A stretch of 64,000 nt of DNA from Alphaproteobacteria bacterium. GTDB taxonomy: Bacteria > Pseudomonadota > Alphaproteobacteria > Bin95. A program made the position numbers and the translations under genes. The stretch is from contig OZ224045.1 of assembly GCA_963665325.3 (NCBI GenBank), positions 608,001-672,000 on the forward strand, written 5' to 3'. Positions 49,589 to 61,410 of this stretch are shown here, in pieces. The notes below the pieces were generated by a model. That model was not told the origin of the DNA, did not search any database, and saw only the letters and a list, made by a program, of their open reading frames with translations. Numbering within the stretch: position 1 is the stretch's first letter; every line of letters starts with the position of its first letter.

Positions 49589-49699
49589 GGGCATCCGCGC
49601 CGCGCGCCGTGCTCATGCGACAAATCGGGGCTTGAGGGACACCCGCCCTTCCCTTACACGCGCCGGCGGCGCTTCCATCCACTCGAGGGGAACCCTCCC

Positions 49700-51808
49700 A
49701 TGTCGCCCGTCCTGATTTTTGTCGTCGTCTGCGGCCTTGCCGCGCTGCTCTATGGCGTTGCCGCGTCGCGGTCCGTGCTCGCGGCGAGCCCCGGAAACGA
49801 GCGCATGCAGGAGATCGCGGCGGCAATCCAGGAAGGCGCGCGCGCCTATCTGAACCGGCAGTACCGGGCCATCGCCATCGTCGGCGTCGTCATCTTCGTC
49901 GTGCTGCTGCTGCTGCTCGGGGTTCACGAAGGCATCGGCTTCCTGATCGGCGCCATTCTCTCCGGCGCGGCCGGCTATATCGGCATGAACGTCTCGGTGA
50001 AGGCGAATGTCCGCACGGCGGAGGCGGCTCGGCAGGGACTGGCCCAGGGACTGGCCGTGTCATTCCGGTCCGGTGCGGTGACGGGAATGCTGGTCGCAGG
50101 CTTGGCACTGCTCGGCGTCGCCGTTTACTACACCGTCCTGGTCAATACCGGCGCCGAGGGACGCGGCCTGATCGACCCGCTCGTGGCGCTGGGCTTCGGC
50201 GCCTCTCTCATCTCCATCTTCGCGCGCCTCGGCGGCGGCATCTTCACCAAGGGCGCCGATGTCGGCGCGGACCTCGTGGGCAAGGTCGAGGCCGGCATTC
50301 CGGAGGACGACCCGCGCAACCCGGCCGTGATCGCGGACAATGTGGGCGACAATGTGGGCGACTGCGCGGGCATGGCCGCCGACCTGTTCGAGACCTATGC
50401 GGTCACCGTCGTCGCGACCATGGTGCTGGCGTCGATCTTCTTCGCCGCCGATCCTGCGCTTGCCGCAAAGGTGATGTCCTACCCGCTCGCCATTGGCGGC
50501 GTGTGCATTCTCGCCTCCATCGTCGGCACCTTCTTCGTCAAGCTCGGCGCCTCCCAGTCGATCATGGGCGCCCTCTACAGAGGCTTCATCGTGTCGGCAG
50601 TGATCTCGCTCGGGGGCATACTGGCGATGACCGCATGGACCGTGGGCATGGGCCCCATCGGCGAAAGCGGCTTCACGGGCACGCAATTGTTCATCTGTGG
50701 GGCCGTCGGCCTTGTCGTTACGGGGCTCCTCATCTGGGTGACGGAATACTACACCGGCACCGAATACCGCCCTGTCCGCTCTGTGGCCCAGGCCTCGACC
50801 ACCGGCCACGGCACCAATGTCATCCAGGGGCTCGCCGTCTCAATGGAAGCCTGCGCGCTGCCCGCCATCATCATCTGCGTCGCCATCATCGCCTGCCACC
50901 AGCTTGCGGGCCTGTTCGGCATCGCCATCGCCGTTACGGCCATGCTGGCGCTCGCGGGCATGGTGGTGGCGCTGGACGCCTACGGCCCCGTCACGGACAA
51001 TGCCGGCGGCATCGCCGAGATGGCGGAGCTGGAGGAGGATGTCCGCGAAACCACCGACAAGCTGGATGCTGTCGGTAACACCACCAAGGCCGTCACCAAG
51101 GGCTATGCCATCGGCTCGGCGGGTCTCGGCGCGCTGGTGCTGTTCGCGGCCTATACGGAAGACATCAAGTTCTTCAGCGCGGCCGGAGACCAATATCCGT
51201 TTTTCGACGGCATCGCAGAACAGGTAACCTTCTCGCTGTCCGACCCCTATGTGGTCATCGGCCTGTTCGTGGGCGGCTTGCTGCCCTTCCTGTTCGGGGC
51301 GATGGGCATGATGGCCGTGGGTCGCGCGGGCGGCGCCGTCGTGGAGGAGGTGCGCCGCCAGTTCCGGGAGATCCCCGGTATCATGGAAGGCACTGCCAAG
51401 CCGGAATACGGCCCCTGCGTGGACATGCTCACGCGCGCGGCGATCAAGGAAATGATCGTGCCGTCGATGCTGCCGGTGCTCTCGCCGATCGCGCTCTTCC
51501 TGCTGATCTGGCTGGTCGCCGGCAAGGCGGCGGCACTGACCTCGGTCGGCGCCATGCTGCTCGGCGTCATCGTCACCGGCATCTTCGTCGCCATCTCTAT
51601 GACCGCCGGCGGCGGCGCTTGGGATAACGCCAAGAAATACATCGAGGATGGCCATCACGGCGGCAAGGGCTCGGAAGCCCACAAGGCCGCCGTGACGGGC
51701 GACACGGTCGGCGACCCCTACAAGGACACCGCCGGTCCCGCCGTCAACCCGATGATCAAGATCACCAACATCGTGGCGCTCCTGTTGCTCGCCGTGCTCG
51801 CGCATTGA
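49700..51808 (+). CDS. hppA: Membrane H+-translocating pyrophosphatase (K+-independent type)
   Basis: [25 protein letters not shown] (Lys determinant), [11 protein letters not shown]. Confidence 0.96.
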   Translation: MSPVLIFVVVCGLAALLYGVAASRSVLAASPGNERMQEIAAAIQEGARAYLNRQYRAIAIVGVVIFVVLLLLLGVHEGIGFLIGAILSGAAGYIGMNVSVKANVRTAEAARQGLAQGLAVSFRSGAVTGMLVAGLALLGVAVYYTVLVNTGAEGRGLIDPLVALGFGASLISIFARLGGGIFTKGADVGADLVGKVEAGIPEDDPRNPAVIADNVGDNVGDCAGMAADLFETYAVTVVATMVLASIFFAADPALAAKVMSYPLAIGGVCILASIVGTFFVKLGASQSIMGALYRGFIVSAVISLGGILAMTAWTVGMGPIGESGFTGTQLFICGAVGLVVTGLLIWVTEYYTGTEYRPVRSVAQASTTGHGTNVIQGLAVSMEACALPAIIICVAIIACHQLAGLFGIAIAVTAMLALAGMVVALDAYGPVTDNAGGIAEMAELEEDVRETTDKLDAVGNTTKAVTKGYAIGSAGLGALVLFAAYTEDIKFFSAAGDQYPFFDGIAEQVTFSLSDPYVVIGLFVGGLLPFLFGAMGMMAVGRAGGAVVEEVRRQFREIPGIMEGTAKPEYGPCVDMLTRAAIKEMIVPSMLPVLSPIALFLLIWLVAGKAAALTSVGAMLLGVIVTGIFVAISMTAGGGAWDNAKKYIEDGHHGGKGSEAHKAAVTGDTVGDPYKDTAGPAVNPMIKITNIVALLLLAVLAH

Positions 51809-51887
51809 CGGGCCGGTCCGGCAGGCCGTGACCGTGGGGAGGAATCCCGGCTAAGCTGGCGGGCGTTCCCCGACGGACCCGTCTTCC

Positions 51888-53441
51888 ATGCAGGCCGATA
51901 CGGTCGATGACCTTTTTCGCCGTTTCGGCCCGAACTACCGCTGGTATGTAACCTTTGCCGGCCTGATCGGCGGCTTTTCGATGGTGCTGTCGGCCACCAT
52001 CGTCAATGTGGCCGTGCCGGAGGTCATGGGCGCGTTCGGCGTCGGGCAGGACCAGGCGCAATGGATGGCGACCGCCTTCCTCGCTACGATGACCGCCAGC
52101 CAGCTGCTCAACGCCTGGATCACCGAGGCATTCGGGCAGAGGCTCGGCTTCGCGCTGACGCTCGCGGTCTTCATGGCCGGGGCCCTGATGAGCGCCACGG
52201 CCACTTCGATGGACATGCTCATCCTCGGCCGCATCCTGCAGGGCGTGGCGGCGGGCATCGTCATGCCGATGACGATGGTGACCATCTTCACCGTCTTTCC
52301 GCCGGAACGCCGGGGCATGGCGATGGGCGTTTACGGCGCCGGCGTGGTGCTGGCGCCAGCGCTCGGGCCAGCGGTCGGGGGGATCGCCATCGACACGCTG
52401 TCCTGGCGCGCCATGTTCCTGCTGCCGCTGCCCTTCTGCGGCCTGGCGCTTCTCGCCGGCATGGTGTTCATGCCGTCCAAGGGGCGCATCGGCAGGCTGC
52501 CGCCCTTCGACTGGTTCGGCTTCGTCTTCCTGGGAGCGGCGCTCTTCCTGTTGATGACGGCCGCGGCATCGGGGCCGAGGGAAGGTTGGCTCTCCGATCA
52601 TATCCTGCTCTACGCCGTGCTGGGCACGGTCTCGGCGGCCATGTTCGTGATTATCCAGGTGAAGAGCCGGGCGCCGCTTCTGGATGTGACGCTCTTCCGC
52701 AACCGCACCTTCACGGCGGCGGTGATCGTCGCTTTCGTGTTCGGTGTCGGCAACTTCGCCTCCGGCTATGTCATTCCCGTATTCGTCCAGCAGGTTCAGA
52801 GCTTCACGGCGACCAAGGCCGGGCTGCTGCTGATGCCCGCCGGTCTGCTGCTGGTCTTCGCACTACCGCTCACCGGACGCGCCGCCGACCGTTTGCCCGA
52901 CCATATCCCGATCCTGGCCGGCCTCGGCTTCTTTGCGTTCGGCACCTTCCTGATGGCGACGGCCGACGCCAATACCGGTTTCTGGGCCTTCGCCGTCTTC
53001 ACGATGATCAGCCGGGTGGGCATGTCCTTCATCATGCCGGCGCTGTCCGCATCCGCCCTTCGCGCGCTCCCGAACGAAAAGCTGGCCCAGGGATCGGGCG
53101 CGATGAACTTCATCCGCCAACTCGGCGGGGCGTCCGGCACCAACCTGATCGTGGTCTGGCTGCAATTACGGACGCACTGGCATGCGGAATCGCTAGCCTC
53201 CACCCAGACAGCGGCGAACACGGCAAGCCGGGGATTCCTCGAGATCGTGGCGGACCGCCTCGGCATCGCCGGCCTGCCGGACCCGGCCCGGCTCGGCGCG
53301 GCGCTCGACTATCTGAGCCAGGTCGTCCACGCCCAGGCACTCGCCTTCGGCTTCCGGGACTGCTTCCTGGCGCTCGGCGCCGTCTTTGTGCTGGCGATGC
53401 TGCCGGCGCTCAATCTGGCGCGCGTCCCCCGCAGGGAGTAG
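51888..53441 (+). CDS. DHA2 (EmrB/QacA) MFS efflux transporter
   Basis: TIVNVAVP, GRILQG, APALGPAVGG, WRAMF, RQLGG. Confidence 0.92.
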   Translation: MQADTVDDLFRRFGPNYRWYVTFAGLIGGFSMVLSATIVNVAVPEVMGAFGVGQDQAQWMATAFLATMTASQLLNAWITEAFGQRLGFALTLAVFMAGALMSATATSMDMLILGRILQGVAAGIVMPMTMVTIFTVFPPERRGMAMGVYGAGVVLAPALGPAVGGIAIDTLSWRAMFLLPLPFCGLALLAGMVFMPSKGRIGRLPPFDWFGFVFLGAALFLLMTAAASGPREGWLSDHILLYAVLGTVSAAMFVIIQVKSRAPLLDVTLFRNRTFTAAVIVAFVFGVGNFASGYVIPVFVQQVQSFTATKAGLLLMPAGLLLVFALPLTGRAADRLPDHIPILAGLGFFAFGTFLMATADANTGFWAFAVFTMISRVGMSFIMPALSASALRALPNEKLAQGSGAMNFIRQLGGASGTNLIVVWLQLRTHWHAESLASTQTAANTASRGFLEIVADRLGIAGLPDPARLGAALDYLSQVVHAQALAFGFRDCFLALGAVFVLAMLPALNLARVPRRE

Positions 53442-53453
53442 GCTTCAGGCCGT

Positions 53454-53540
53454 GGCCGCTTGCTGGAATTGGTAGACAGACCGGACTTAAAATCCGATGG
53501 GAGAATTCCCGTGAGGGTTCGAGTCCCTCAGCGGCCACCA
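53454..53540 (+). tRNA. tRNA-Leu(TAA)
   Basis: Acceptor GGCCGCT/AGCGGCC + A + CCA, D-loop TTGGTA, anticodon loop CTTAAAA, long variable arm, GGTTCGAGTCC T-arm. Confidence 0.92.
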
Positions 53541-53571
53541 ACATAATCAGCTAGAATGGGGGCAGAGAATG

Positions 53572-53594
53572 GGTGGCCTTCAGGGCCGCCTTTT
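53572..53594 (+). terminator. Probable intrinsic terminator after the tRNA
   Basis: GGTGGCC-TTCAG-GGCCGCC-TTTT. Confidence 0.55.
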
Positions 53595-53678
53595 CGCTTC
53601 CGTGATTCCGTGGGGCCAAGGAACCGGAGAGCTATGCCGGAACCGGGTAAGAAACATGTACCCTGTACAGGTCAGCCC

Positions 53679-53712
53679 CGTGACCACGCATGACAAAACA
53701 CGACATTTCCGG
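53679..53712 (+). repeat. Second copy of the CATGACA repeat motif
   Basis: 53687-53712 matches 49563-49588 at 24/26. Confidence 0.7.
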
Positions 53713-53724
53713 TAGCTGCGCTGC

Positions 53725-54300
53725 ATGTCCCTGCTCGTGCTTGCCTCCGCTTCGCCCCGCCGGCTCGAATTGCTCCGCCGTATCGGCATTGAACCGGACC
53801 GGATAGCGCCGATGGAGATCGACGAAACGCCGCGCCCCGGAGAGTTGCCGCGAGACCTTGCCGCGCGGCTTGCCGGAGAGAAATGCGCAGAAGCGTCGAA
53901 TCACTTCCCGGACAGCTATGTGCTCGCTGCGGACACTGTGGTTGCATGCGGGCGCCGGGTGCTCGGCAAGGCGCAGGATGTCGAGGAGGCGCGGCGCTTT
54001 CTCACGATGCTTTCCGGTCGCCGCCACCGCGTATGGGGGGGAATCGCGGTCCGGGCACCGGACGGCCGCCGGGCAGACCGGACGGTGGTGACGCATGTGG
54101 CGTTCAAACGGCTGGAGACGCGCGAGATCGAAAGTTATCTCGACTGCAGCGAATGGCGCGACAAGGCCGGCGCCTACGGTATCCAGGGCCGTGCAGGCGG
54201 CTTCGTCAAGGCGATTACCGGCTCCTACCCGAATGTCGTGGGCCTTGCCCTTTACGAAGCACGGTCGCTGCTTGCCGGCCTAGGTTATCCCGTACCGTGA
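53725..54300 (+). CDS. maf: Maf family nucleoside triphosphate pyrophosphatase
   Basis: LASASPRR, ADTVV, DKAGAYGIQG, NVVGL. Confidence 0.95.
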   Translation: MSLLVLASASPRRLELLRRIGIEPDRIAPMEIDETPRPGELPRDLAARLAGEKCAEASNHFPDSYVLAADTVVACGRRVLGKAQDVEEARRFLTMLSGRRHRVWGGIAVRAPDGRRADRTVVTHVAFKRLETREIESYLDCSEWRDKAGAYGIQGRAGGFVKAITGSYPNVVGLALYEARSLLAGLGYPVP

Positions 54301-55382
54301 ACCGGGCACTATTGACGGAAGCGCCCTGGGGCCGAACGGCCGCATTGCTGGCGGGCGGGGCGGCGGTGGAATTGCGGCTGGAGCGTCCGGCGGACGAAAT
54401 GGGTTCTATCTGGCGCGGTCGCGTACTGCGCGTGGAGCCGGGCCTCGGCGCGTTCGTCGATCTGGGAGATGGCAGCACCGGCCTGCTCGGCGGAAGCAAG
54501 CCACCGCACGAAGGCTCCTCGCTTCTGGTTCAGGCGACCCGGCCCTCGGTCGGCGGTAAAGGGCCTGCTCTCGGCAGGGCTCCGAGGCTCGCCGGCCGCT
54601 ACCTGGTCTTTACGCCCCGGAATCCCGGTGTCGTCGCATCTAAGCGGCTTCCTGACGATGGAACCCGCACCCGTCTGCAAGGCCACGCGCGCCGGCTTGT
54701 CGGGCCAGGCGAGGGAGCGGTCGTACGTGCCGCGGCCGCAGCGGTGGCGGATACAGCCTTTGCAAGGGAACTGGACATGCTTCGGGCGCGTTGGCAACGC
54801 ATCGAAGCAGCTTCGGATGAGGCGCCCGCCCTCTTGTGGAGGGAAGGCGACCCTCTCCGGGCTTTCCTGCGGGACCGCCTTGCTCCCGGCGGCACGGTGC
54901 TTGCGGACCGCAGGCTGCGCTCTTACGCGGAACGCTTGGGTTTGCCGGACATACGGATCGAGTTGCTGGACGAGCCAGGCTGGCAGGCTTTCGACCTCGA
55001 AGACGCAATCCAGAGGGCGCTGGAACCGGTGGTGGCGCTCGCCAGCGGCGGAAGCATCTCCGTCGAAGAAACGCGGGCTGCGGTTGTAATCGACGTGGAC
55101 GGCGGCGGACGGAAAGACGCGCTGGCGCTAAACCTAGAGGCTGCGGAAACGGTTGCGCGGGAGATCCAGCTGCGAGGGCTCGGCGGCCTTGTGCTGATCG
55201 ATTTTGTCGATCTCGACCGGGCGGTCGAGCGGCGAAGGGTCGAGCGCCGCTTGGCGGACGGGTTCGCGGGCGATCCCGCCGCGCGGCGGCAATTGCCGTT
55301 CTCGCCGCTCGGGGTGATAGAGATGACCCGCCAGCGTCTCGGAGTCCCGCTTGCCGAGCAATGGGCGCTGCGCCGGAGGTAG
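54297..55382 (+). CDS. Short ribonuclease E/G family protein
   Basis: AFVDLG S1-like region, VIDVD, EIQLRGLGGLVLIDF, EMTRQR; GTGA overlap with maf. Confidence 0.85.
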   Translation: MNRALLTEAPWGRTAALLAGGAAVELRLERPADEMGSIWRGRVLRVEPGLGAFVDLGDGSTGLLGGSKPPHEGSSLLVQATRPSVGGKGPALGRAPRLAGRYLVFTPRNPGVVASKRLPDDGTRTRLQGHARRLVGPGEGAVVRAAAAAVADTAFARELDMLRARWQRIEAASDEAPALLWREGDPLRAFLRDRLAPGGTVLADRRLRSYAERLGLPDIRIELLDEPGWQAFDLEDAIQRALEPVVALASGGSISVEETRAAVVIDVDGGGRKDALALNLEAAETVAREIQLRGLGGLVLIDFVDLDRAVERRRVERRLADGFAGDPAARRQLPFSPLGVIEMTRQRLGVPLAEQWALRRR

Positions 55383-55384
55383 CT

Positions 55385-55591
55385 ATGGCCAAAGAGCCCG
55401 TTAAACTTCGTCCTTTCGGTTCCTGCCCGATCTGCGGGCGGCCTGCCGTCGAGGCGGTGCGCCCCTTCTGCTCCCCCAATTGCCGCCACCTGGACCTCGG
55501 CCGCTGGTTGACGGAAGGCTATGTCATCCAGGAAGGCGGTGCGCTTGGAGAAGCGCCGGCGGCGAACCCTTTCGCCGACGAGGACAGATGA
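55385..55591 (+). CDS. yacG: DNA gyrase inhibitor YacG
   Basis: CPICG...RPFCSPNC..LDLGRWL. Confidence 0.92.
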   Translation: MAKEPVKLRPFGSCPICGRPAVEAVRPFCSPNCRHLDLGRWLTEGYVIQEGGALGEAPAANPFADEDR

Positions 55592-55689
55592 CTGCCCCCG
55601 GCCGACGGACGCAGATGCCGCAAAATCGCGCAAAGCACGACGTTTACGGCCTTCTTTCGTCGCTTGTCCTGGTTTAGAAAGCGCTTCTC

Positions 55690-57078
55690 ATGAGCACTCC
55701 TCCTATCGGCCACAATGCGGCGATCGCCGCGCTGCGCGATGTATTCGGCGACCGGCTTTCCACTTCCGATGCGGTTCGGGAGCAGCACGGCCGAGGCGAA
55801 GACTATTTCCCGCTCGCACCGCCCGACGCTGTCGCTTTTGCGTTGACGACAGAGGAGGTGAGCGCTGCTCACCGGATCTGCGCCGAGTTCGGTCTGCCGA
55901 TCGTTCCTTTCGGAACGGGCACATCGCTCGAAGGGCATGTCAGCGCTGTTGAAGGCGGTCTTTCCATAGATCTGAGCCGCATGAACGAGGTGCTGGAGGT
56001 CAATGGAGAAGACAGCGACTGTAGGGTCCAGGCAGGCGTTACCCGTAAGCAACTGAACGAGTATCTGCGCGACACCGGGTTGTTTTTCCCCATCGATCCC
56101 GGCGCCGACGCATCGCTTGGCGGGATGGCAGCGACCGGTGCTTCGGGCACAAATGCCGTGCGTTACGGCACGATGAGCGAGAATGTGCTCGGGCTGACCG
56201 TAGTCATGCACGACGGCGAGATCGTCGAAACCGGCGGCCGGGCGCGCAAATCGTCGGCTGGCTACGACCTGACGCGATTGTTCGTCGGGTCCGAAGGGAC
56301 GCTTTGCACCATTACTGAAGTACGCCTCAAACTTTACGGCATCCCGGAGAGTATCGCGTCGGCCGTCTGCCAGTTTTCGAGCCTGGAGGCAGCCGTCGAC
56401 ACCGTAACGCTCACCATGCAGTCGGGCGTTCCGGTGGCGCGTATCGAGTTGCTGGACGACACGCAGATGGACGCCTGCATCCGTTACTCCGACCTGGAGG
56501 ATTTCGAGGTCAGGCCGACCCTGTTCTTTGAGTTCCACGGTTCCCCTGCCGGAACAGCGGAGCAGGCGGAGACAGTCCAGGACATCGCCGCCGAACTCGG
56601 CGGCAGCGCCTTCCGCTGGACGCAAAGCCAAGAAGAGCGGAACAAGCTCTGGCAGGCCCGTCACGATGTCTATTACGCCTGCATGGCACTCAGGCCCGGC
56701 TGCCGGGCCTGGTCCACCGATGTTTGCGTGCCGATCTCCAGACTGGCCGAGTGCCTGATAGAGACGCGCCGCGATGTGGACGAGACCGGTCTCGTCGCGC
56801 CCATTGTGGGTCATGTTGGCGATGGCAATTTCCACTGCGGCATCGTCATAGACCCCGACGACCCGGAGGAAATGGCGACCGCTCAGGCCTTCAACAAGCG
56901 CCTTGTTGCACGGGCGCTGGCGATGGGCGGCACCTGCACCGGCGAGCACGGCGTCGGCCAGGGCAAGATCGATTCCGTCGAGGCGGAACGAGGCGAGGCC
57001 GTGGATGTGATGCGCGCGCTCAAACTCGCTCTCGACCCGGCAAACAGGATGAACCCCGGCAAGGTGATACGGCTATGA
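55690..57078 (+). CDS. FAD-linked oxidase, D-lactate dehydrogenase/GlcD family
   Basis: PFGTGTSLEG, DPGADASLGG, GHVGDGNFH, GEHGVG, NPGK. Confidence 0.93.
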   Translation: MSTPPIGHNAAIAALRDVFGDRLSTSDAVREQHGRGEDYFPLAPPDAVAFALTTEEVSAAHRICAEFGLPIVPFGTGTSLEGHVSAVEGGLSIDLSRMNEVLEVNGEDSDCRVQAGVTRKQLNEYLRDTGLFFPIDPGADASLGGMAATGASGTNAVRYGTMSENVLGLTVVMHDGEIVETGGRARKSSAGYDLTRLFVGSEGTLCTITEVRLKLYGIPESIASAVCQFSSLEAAVDTVTLTMQSGVPVARIELLDDTQMDACIRYSDLEDFEVRPTLFFEFHGSPAGTAEQAETVQDIAAELGGSAFRWTQSQEERNKLWQARHDVYYACMALRPGCRAWSTDVCVPISRLAECLIETRRDVDETGLVAPIVGHVGDGNFHCGIVIDPDDPEEMATAQAFNKRLVARALAMGGTCTGEHGVGQGKIDSVEAERGEAVDVMRALKLALDPANRMNPGKVIRL

Positions 57079-57824
57079 CACAGCTCGCCCATGCCGAAAT
57101 GCGGGAAGACCTCGCCTGCGCGCTTCGCTGGGCGGTAAGGCTGAACCTGCATGAAGGCGTCGACAACCACTTCTCTGCGGTCGTGCCGGGCGAAGACGGC
57201 GAAATGCGTGGCGACCGTTTCCTCATCAATCCCTACGGTGTGCACTGGTCGGAGATGACCGCATCGGCGCTCTGCCTCTGCAACGAGGAAGGCGAAGTGC
57301 TGGAGGGCGGAGACAAGGTCGAGAACACGGCCTTTTATATTCACAGCCGCATCCATGTGAATGTGCCGTCCGCGAAGGTCGTGCTGCACACTCACCAGCC
57401 CTACTCGACGGCGATTACCCTGCTGGAAGGCGGAAGGCTGGAGATGTGCGAGCAGAACGCGCTGATGTTCGACGACCGCATCGCCTATGACGACGACTAT
57501 GACGGCCTTGCGCTGGACAATGACGAAGGCGACCGGCTGGCCAGCGCGATGGGCAACCGGTCCATCGCCTTCCTGGCCAGCCACGGCATCGTCGTTTCCG
57601 GCGAGACGGTCGGCGAAGCGTTCACCGACCTCTTCTATCTGGAACGCGCTGCCCAGTTCCAGATGATCGCAAGGGCGACCGGCGGAAAGCTGCGGAAGAT
57701 TTCGGACAAGGTGCGGGATTCGGTGCGCCAGCAGTTCGCCGAGGAACGACCGAAGCTCGCCGACAGGCATTTCGCGGCCCTGAAACGCATCCTGGATCGC
57801 GAAGAGCCGGAATACCGGCTGTGA
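57075..57824 (+). CDS. Class II aldolase/adducin family protein
   Basis: NHFS, FLINPYG, IHSRIH, LHTH, HG; ATGA overlap. Confidence 0.9.
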   Translation: MTQLAHAEMREDLACALRWAVRLNLHEGVDNHFSAVVPGEDGEMRGDRFLINPYGVHWSEMTASALCLCNEEGEVLEGGDKVENTAFYIHSRIHVNVPSAKVVLHTHQPYSTAITLLEGGRLEMCEQNALMFDDRIAYDDDYDGLALDNDEGDRLASAMGNRSIAFLASHGIVVSGETVGEAFTDLFYLERAAQFQMIARATGGKLRKISDKVRDSVRQQFAEERPKLADRHFAALKRILDREEPEYRL

Positions 57825-57834
57825 GGCCCTAACA

Positions 57835-58700
57835 ATGAAAATCGAACGCGTCGGCGAGACCATCGACATGCTCGGCGAAGGTCCGCTCTGGGACGTGACC
57901 GAGCAGGCGCTCTATTGGGTGGACAGCCGCGGCTGCAAGATCCACCGGCTGGACTGGGCCACCGGCGAGCGTCGGGACTGGGACGTGCCGGCGATGATCG
58001 GCTCCATGGCGCTTCGCGAGGCCGGCGGCGCGATCCTTGCGCTCCAGACCGGCATCCACACCTTCGATTTCGAGATCGGCGAGGCAACGCCCATCGCCGA
58101 CCCGGAGGCGGACGATCCTTCCACGCGCTTCAACGACGGCAAGGTGGATCGGCAGGGCCGTTTCCTGACCGGCACCATGGCCACGCGGATCGGCGAAGAG
58201 CCGCGCGGCTCCATCTACCGTCTCGACACGGACCTCTCGCTGCACCGGCTGAAGGGCGGCGTCATCGTGGCGAACGGCCCCTGTTTCAGCCCGGATGGCG
58301 AAATTTTCTACTTCGCCGACACGCGCCGGAACGCGATCTTCGCCTACGACTACGACACGGCGACCGGCGATATCGGGCCTGAGCGCGTCGCCGTGGATAC
58401 GACGCCCTATGACAGCGGCCCGGACGGCGGCACGGTGGACAGCGAGGGTTATCTCTGGACCGCACTCGTCCATGCAAGCCGGATTGCCCGCTTTGCGCCC
58501 GACGGGAGTCTGGACCGACTGATCGACATGCCCTGCACGCGCCCGGCAAGCGTCATGTTCGGCGGTCCGGACCTCGACATCGTCTTCGTGCCGTCGATCC
58601 GGGACTCCGGCAATGTGCGCGGCGACAAGGAAATCGACGGCGCCCTGTTCGCGGTCCACGGCCTCGGCGTTACTGGAATCCCCGAACCGCGCTTCGCCGG

Positions 58701-58704
<4 letters not shown>
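57835..58704 (+). CDS. SMP-30/gluconolactonase/LRE family protein
   Basis: LGEGPLW, RFNDG, NGPCFSPDG, PDGGTVD. Confidence 0.93.
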
Positions 58705-60694
<1,990 letters not shown>

Positions 60695-60705
60695 TTATAC
60701 CCGCC

Positions 60706-61410
60706 TCAGCCGGAATGTGAAGCCGTGCCGCCCGCAGCCCGGAAATCGGTCGCCACAAGATAGAGTTCCGAGGACTCCTTGCGGCTCGCATCCGGCTTCA
60801 CATGCCGTACTTGCGCAAAGTCCTTCTTCAGAACATTCAGGAGGTCATGGTGCATACCTCCTTGAAAAATCTTGACAACAAAGGCTCCGCCCGGCCGCAA
60901 TAATCCGCGTGCTGTGTCATAGGCCAGATCCGCAAGCGCGGCGATACGCAACCGGTCCGTCGTCGCGTGCCCGGTGGTGCGCGGAGCCATGTCGCTTAAC
61001 ACGACGTCCGCGCCGTCCGGTAATGCTGCTCCGAGTCGCGCCGGACTATCGTCGCTTTCCAGGTCCATAGTGAGGCAAAGGGCGCCGGGAACCGGCTCCA
61101 TCGACTGGAGGTCCACCGCGATCACCCGCCCGCCCGAACGCGCCACCGACACCTGTGTCCAGCCGCCGGGCGCCGCCCCGAGGTCGAGAACCGAGCTGCC
61201 CGGCTTAAGAAGGCGGAAGCGGTCGTCGAGCTGCATCAGCTTGAAGGCCGCGCGGGAACGCAGTCCCTGCCTCTTCGCTTCTGCTACATAAGAATCGCTG
61301 TGTTGGCGCTGCAACCAGCGCGTGGAGGCCGTCTTGCGCCCCTTCGCCGTGCGGAGCCGGGCCTTCAGTCCCGCCTGTCTTCCTGGCCTTGTGCGGGGAG
61401 GTCGGCTCAC
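60706..61410 (-). CDS. rlmE: 23S rRNA Um2552 methyltransferase
   Basis: RSRAAFKL, DLGAAPGGW, SDMAP, KP.ASR.ES.E; GTGA overlap with ppx. Confidence 0.95.
   Translation of the reverse strand: MSRPPRTRPGRQAGLKARLRTAKGRKTASTRWLQRQHSDSYVAEAKRQGLRSRAAFKLMQLDDRFRLLKPGSSVLDLGAAPGGWTQVSVARSGGRVIAVDLQSMEPVPGALCLTMDLESDDSPARLGAALPDGADVVLSDMAPRTTGHATTDRLRIAALADLAYDTARGLLRPGGAFVVKIFQGGMHHDLLNVLKKDFAQVRHVKPDASRKESSELYLVATDFRAAGGTASHSG

Noticed and set aside
53520-53560. tRNA-Leu as an island attachment site
   Set aside because: No duplicated tRNA 3' end noticed in the window and no integrase adjacent.
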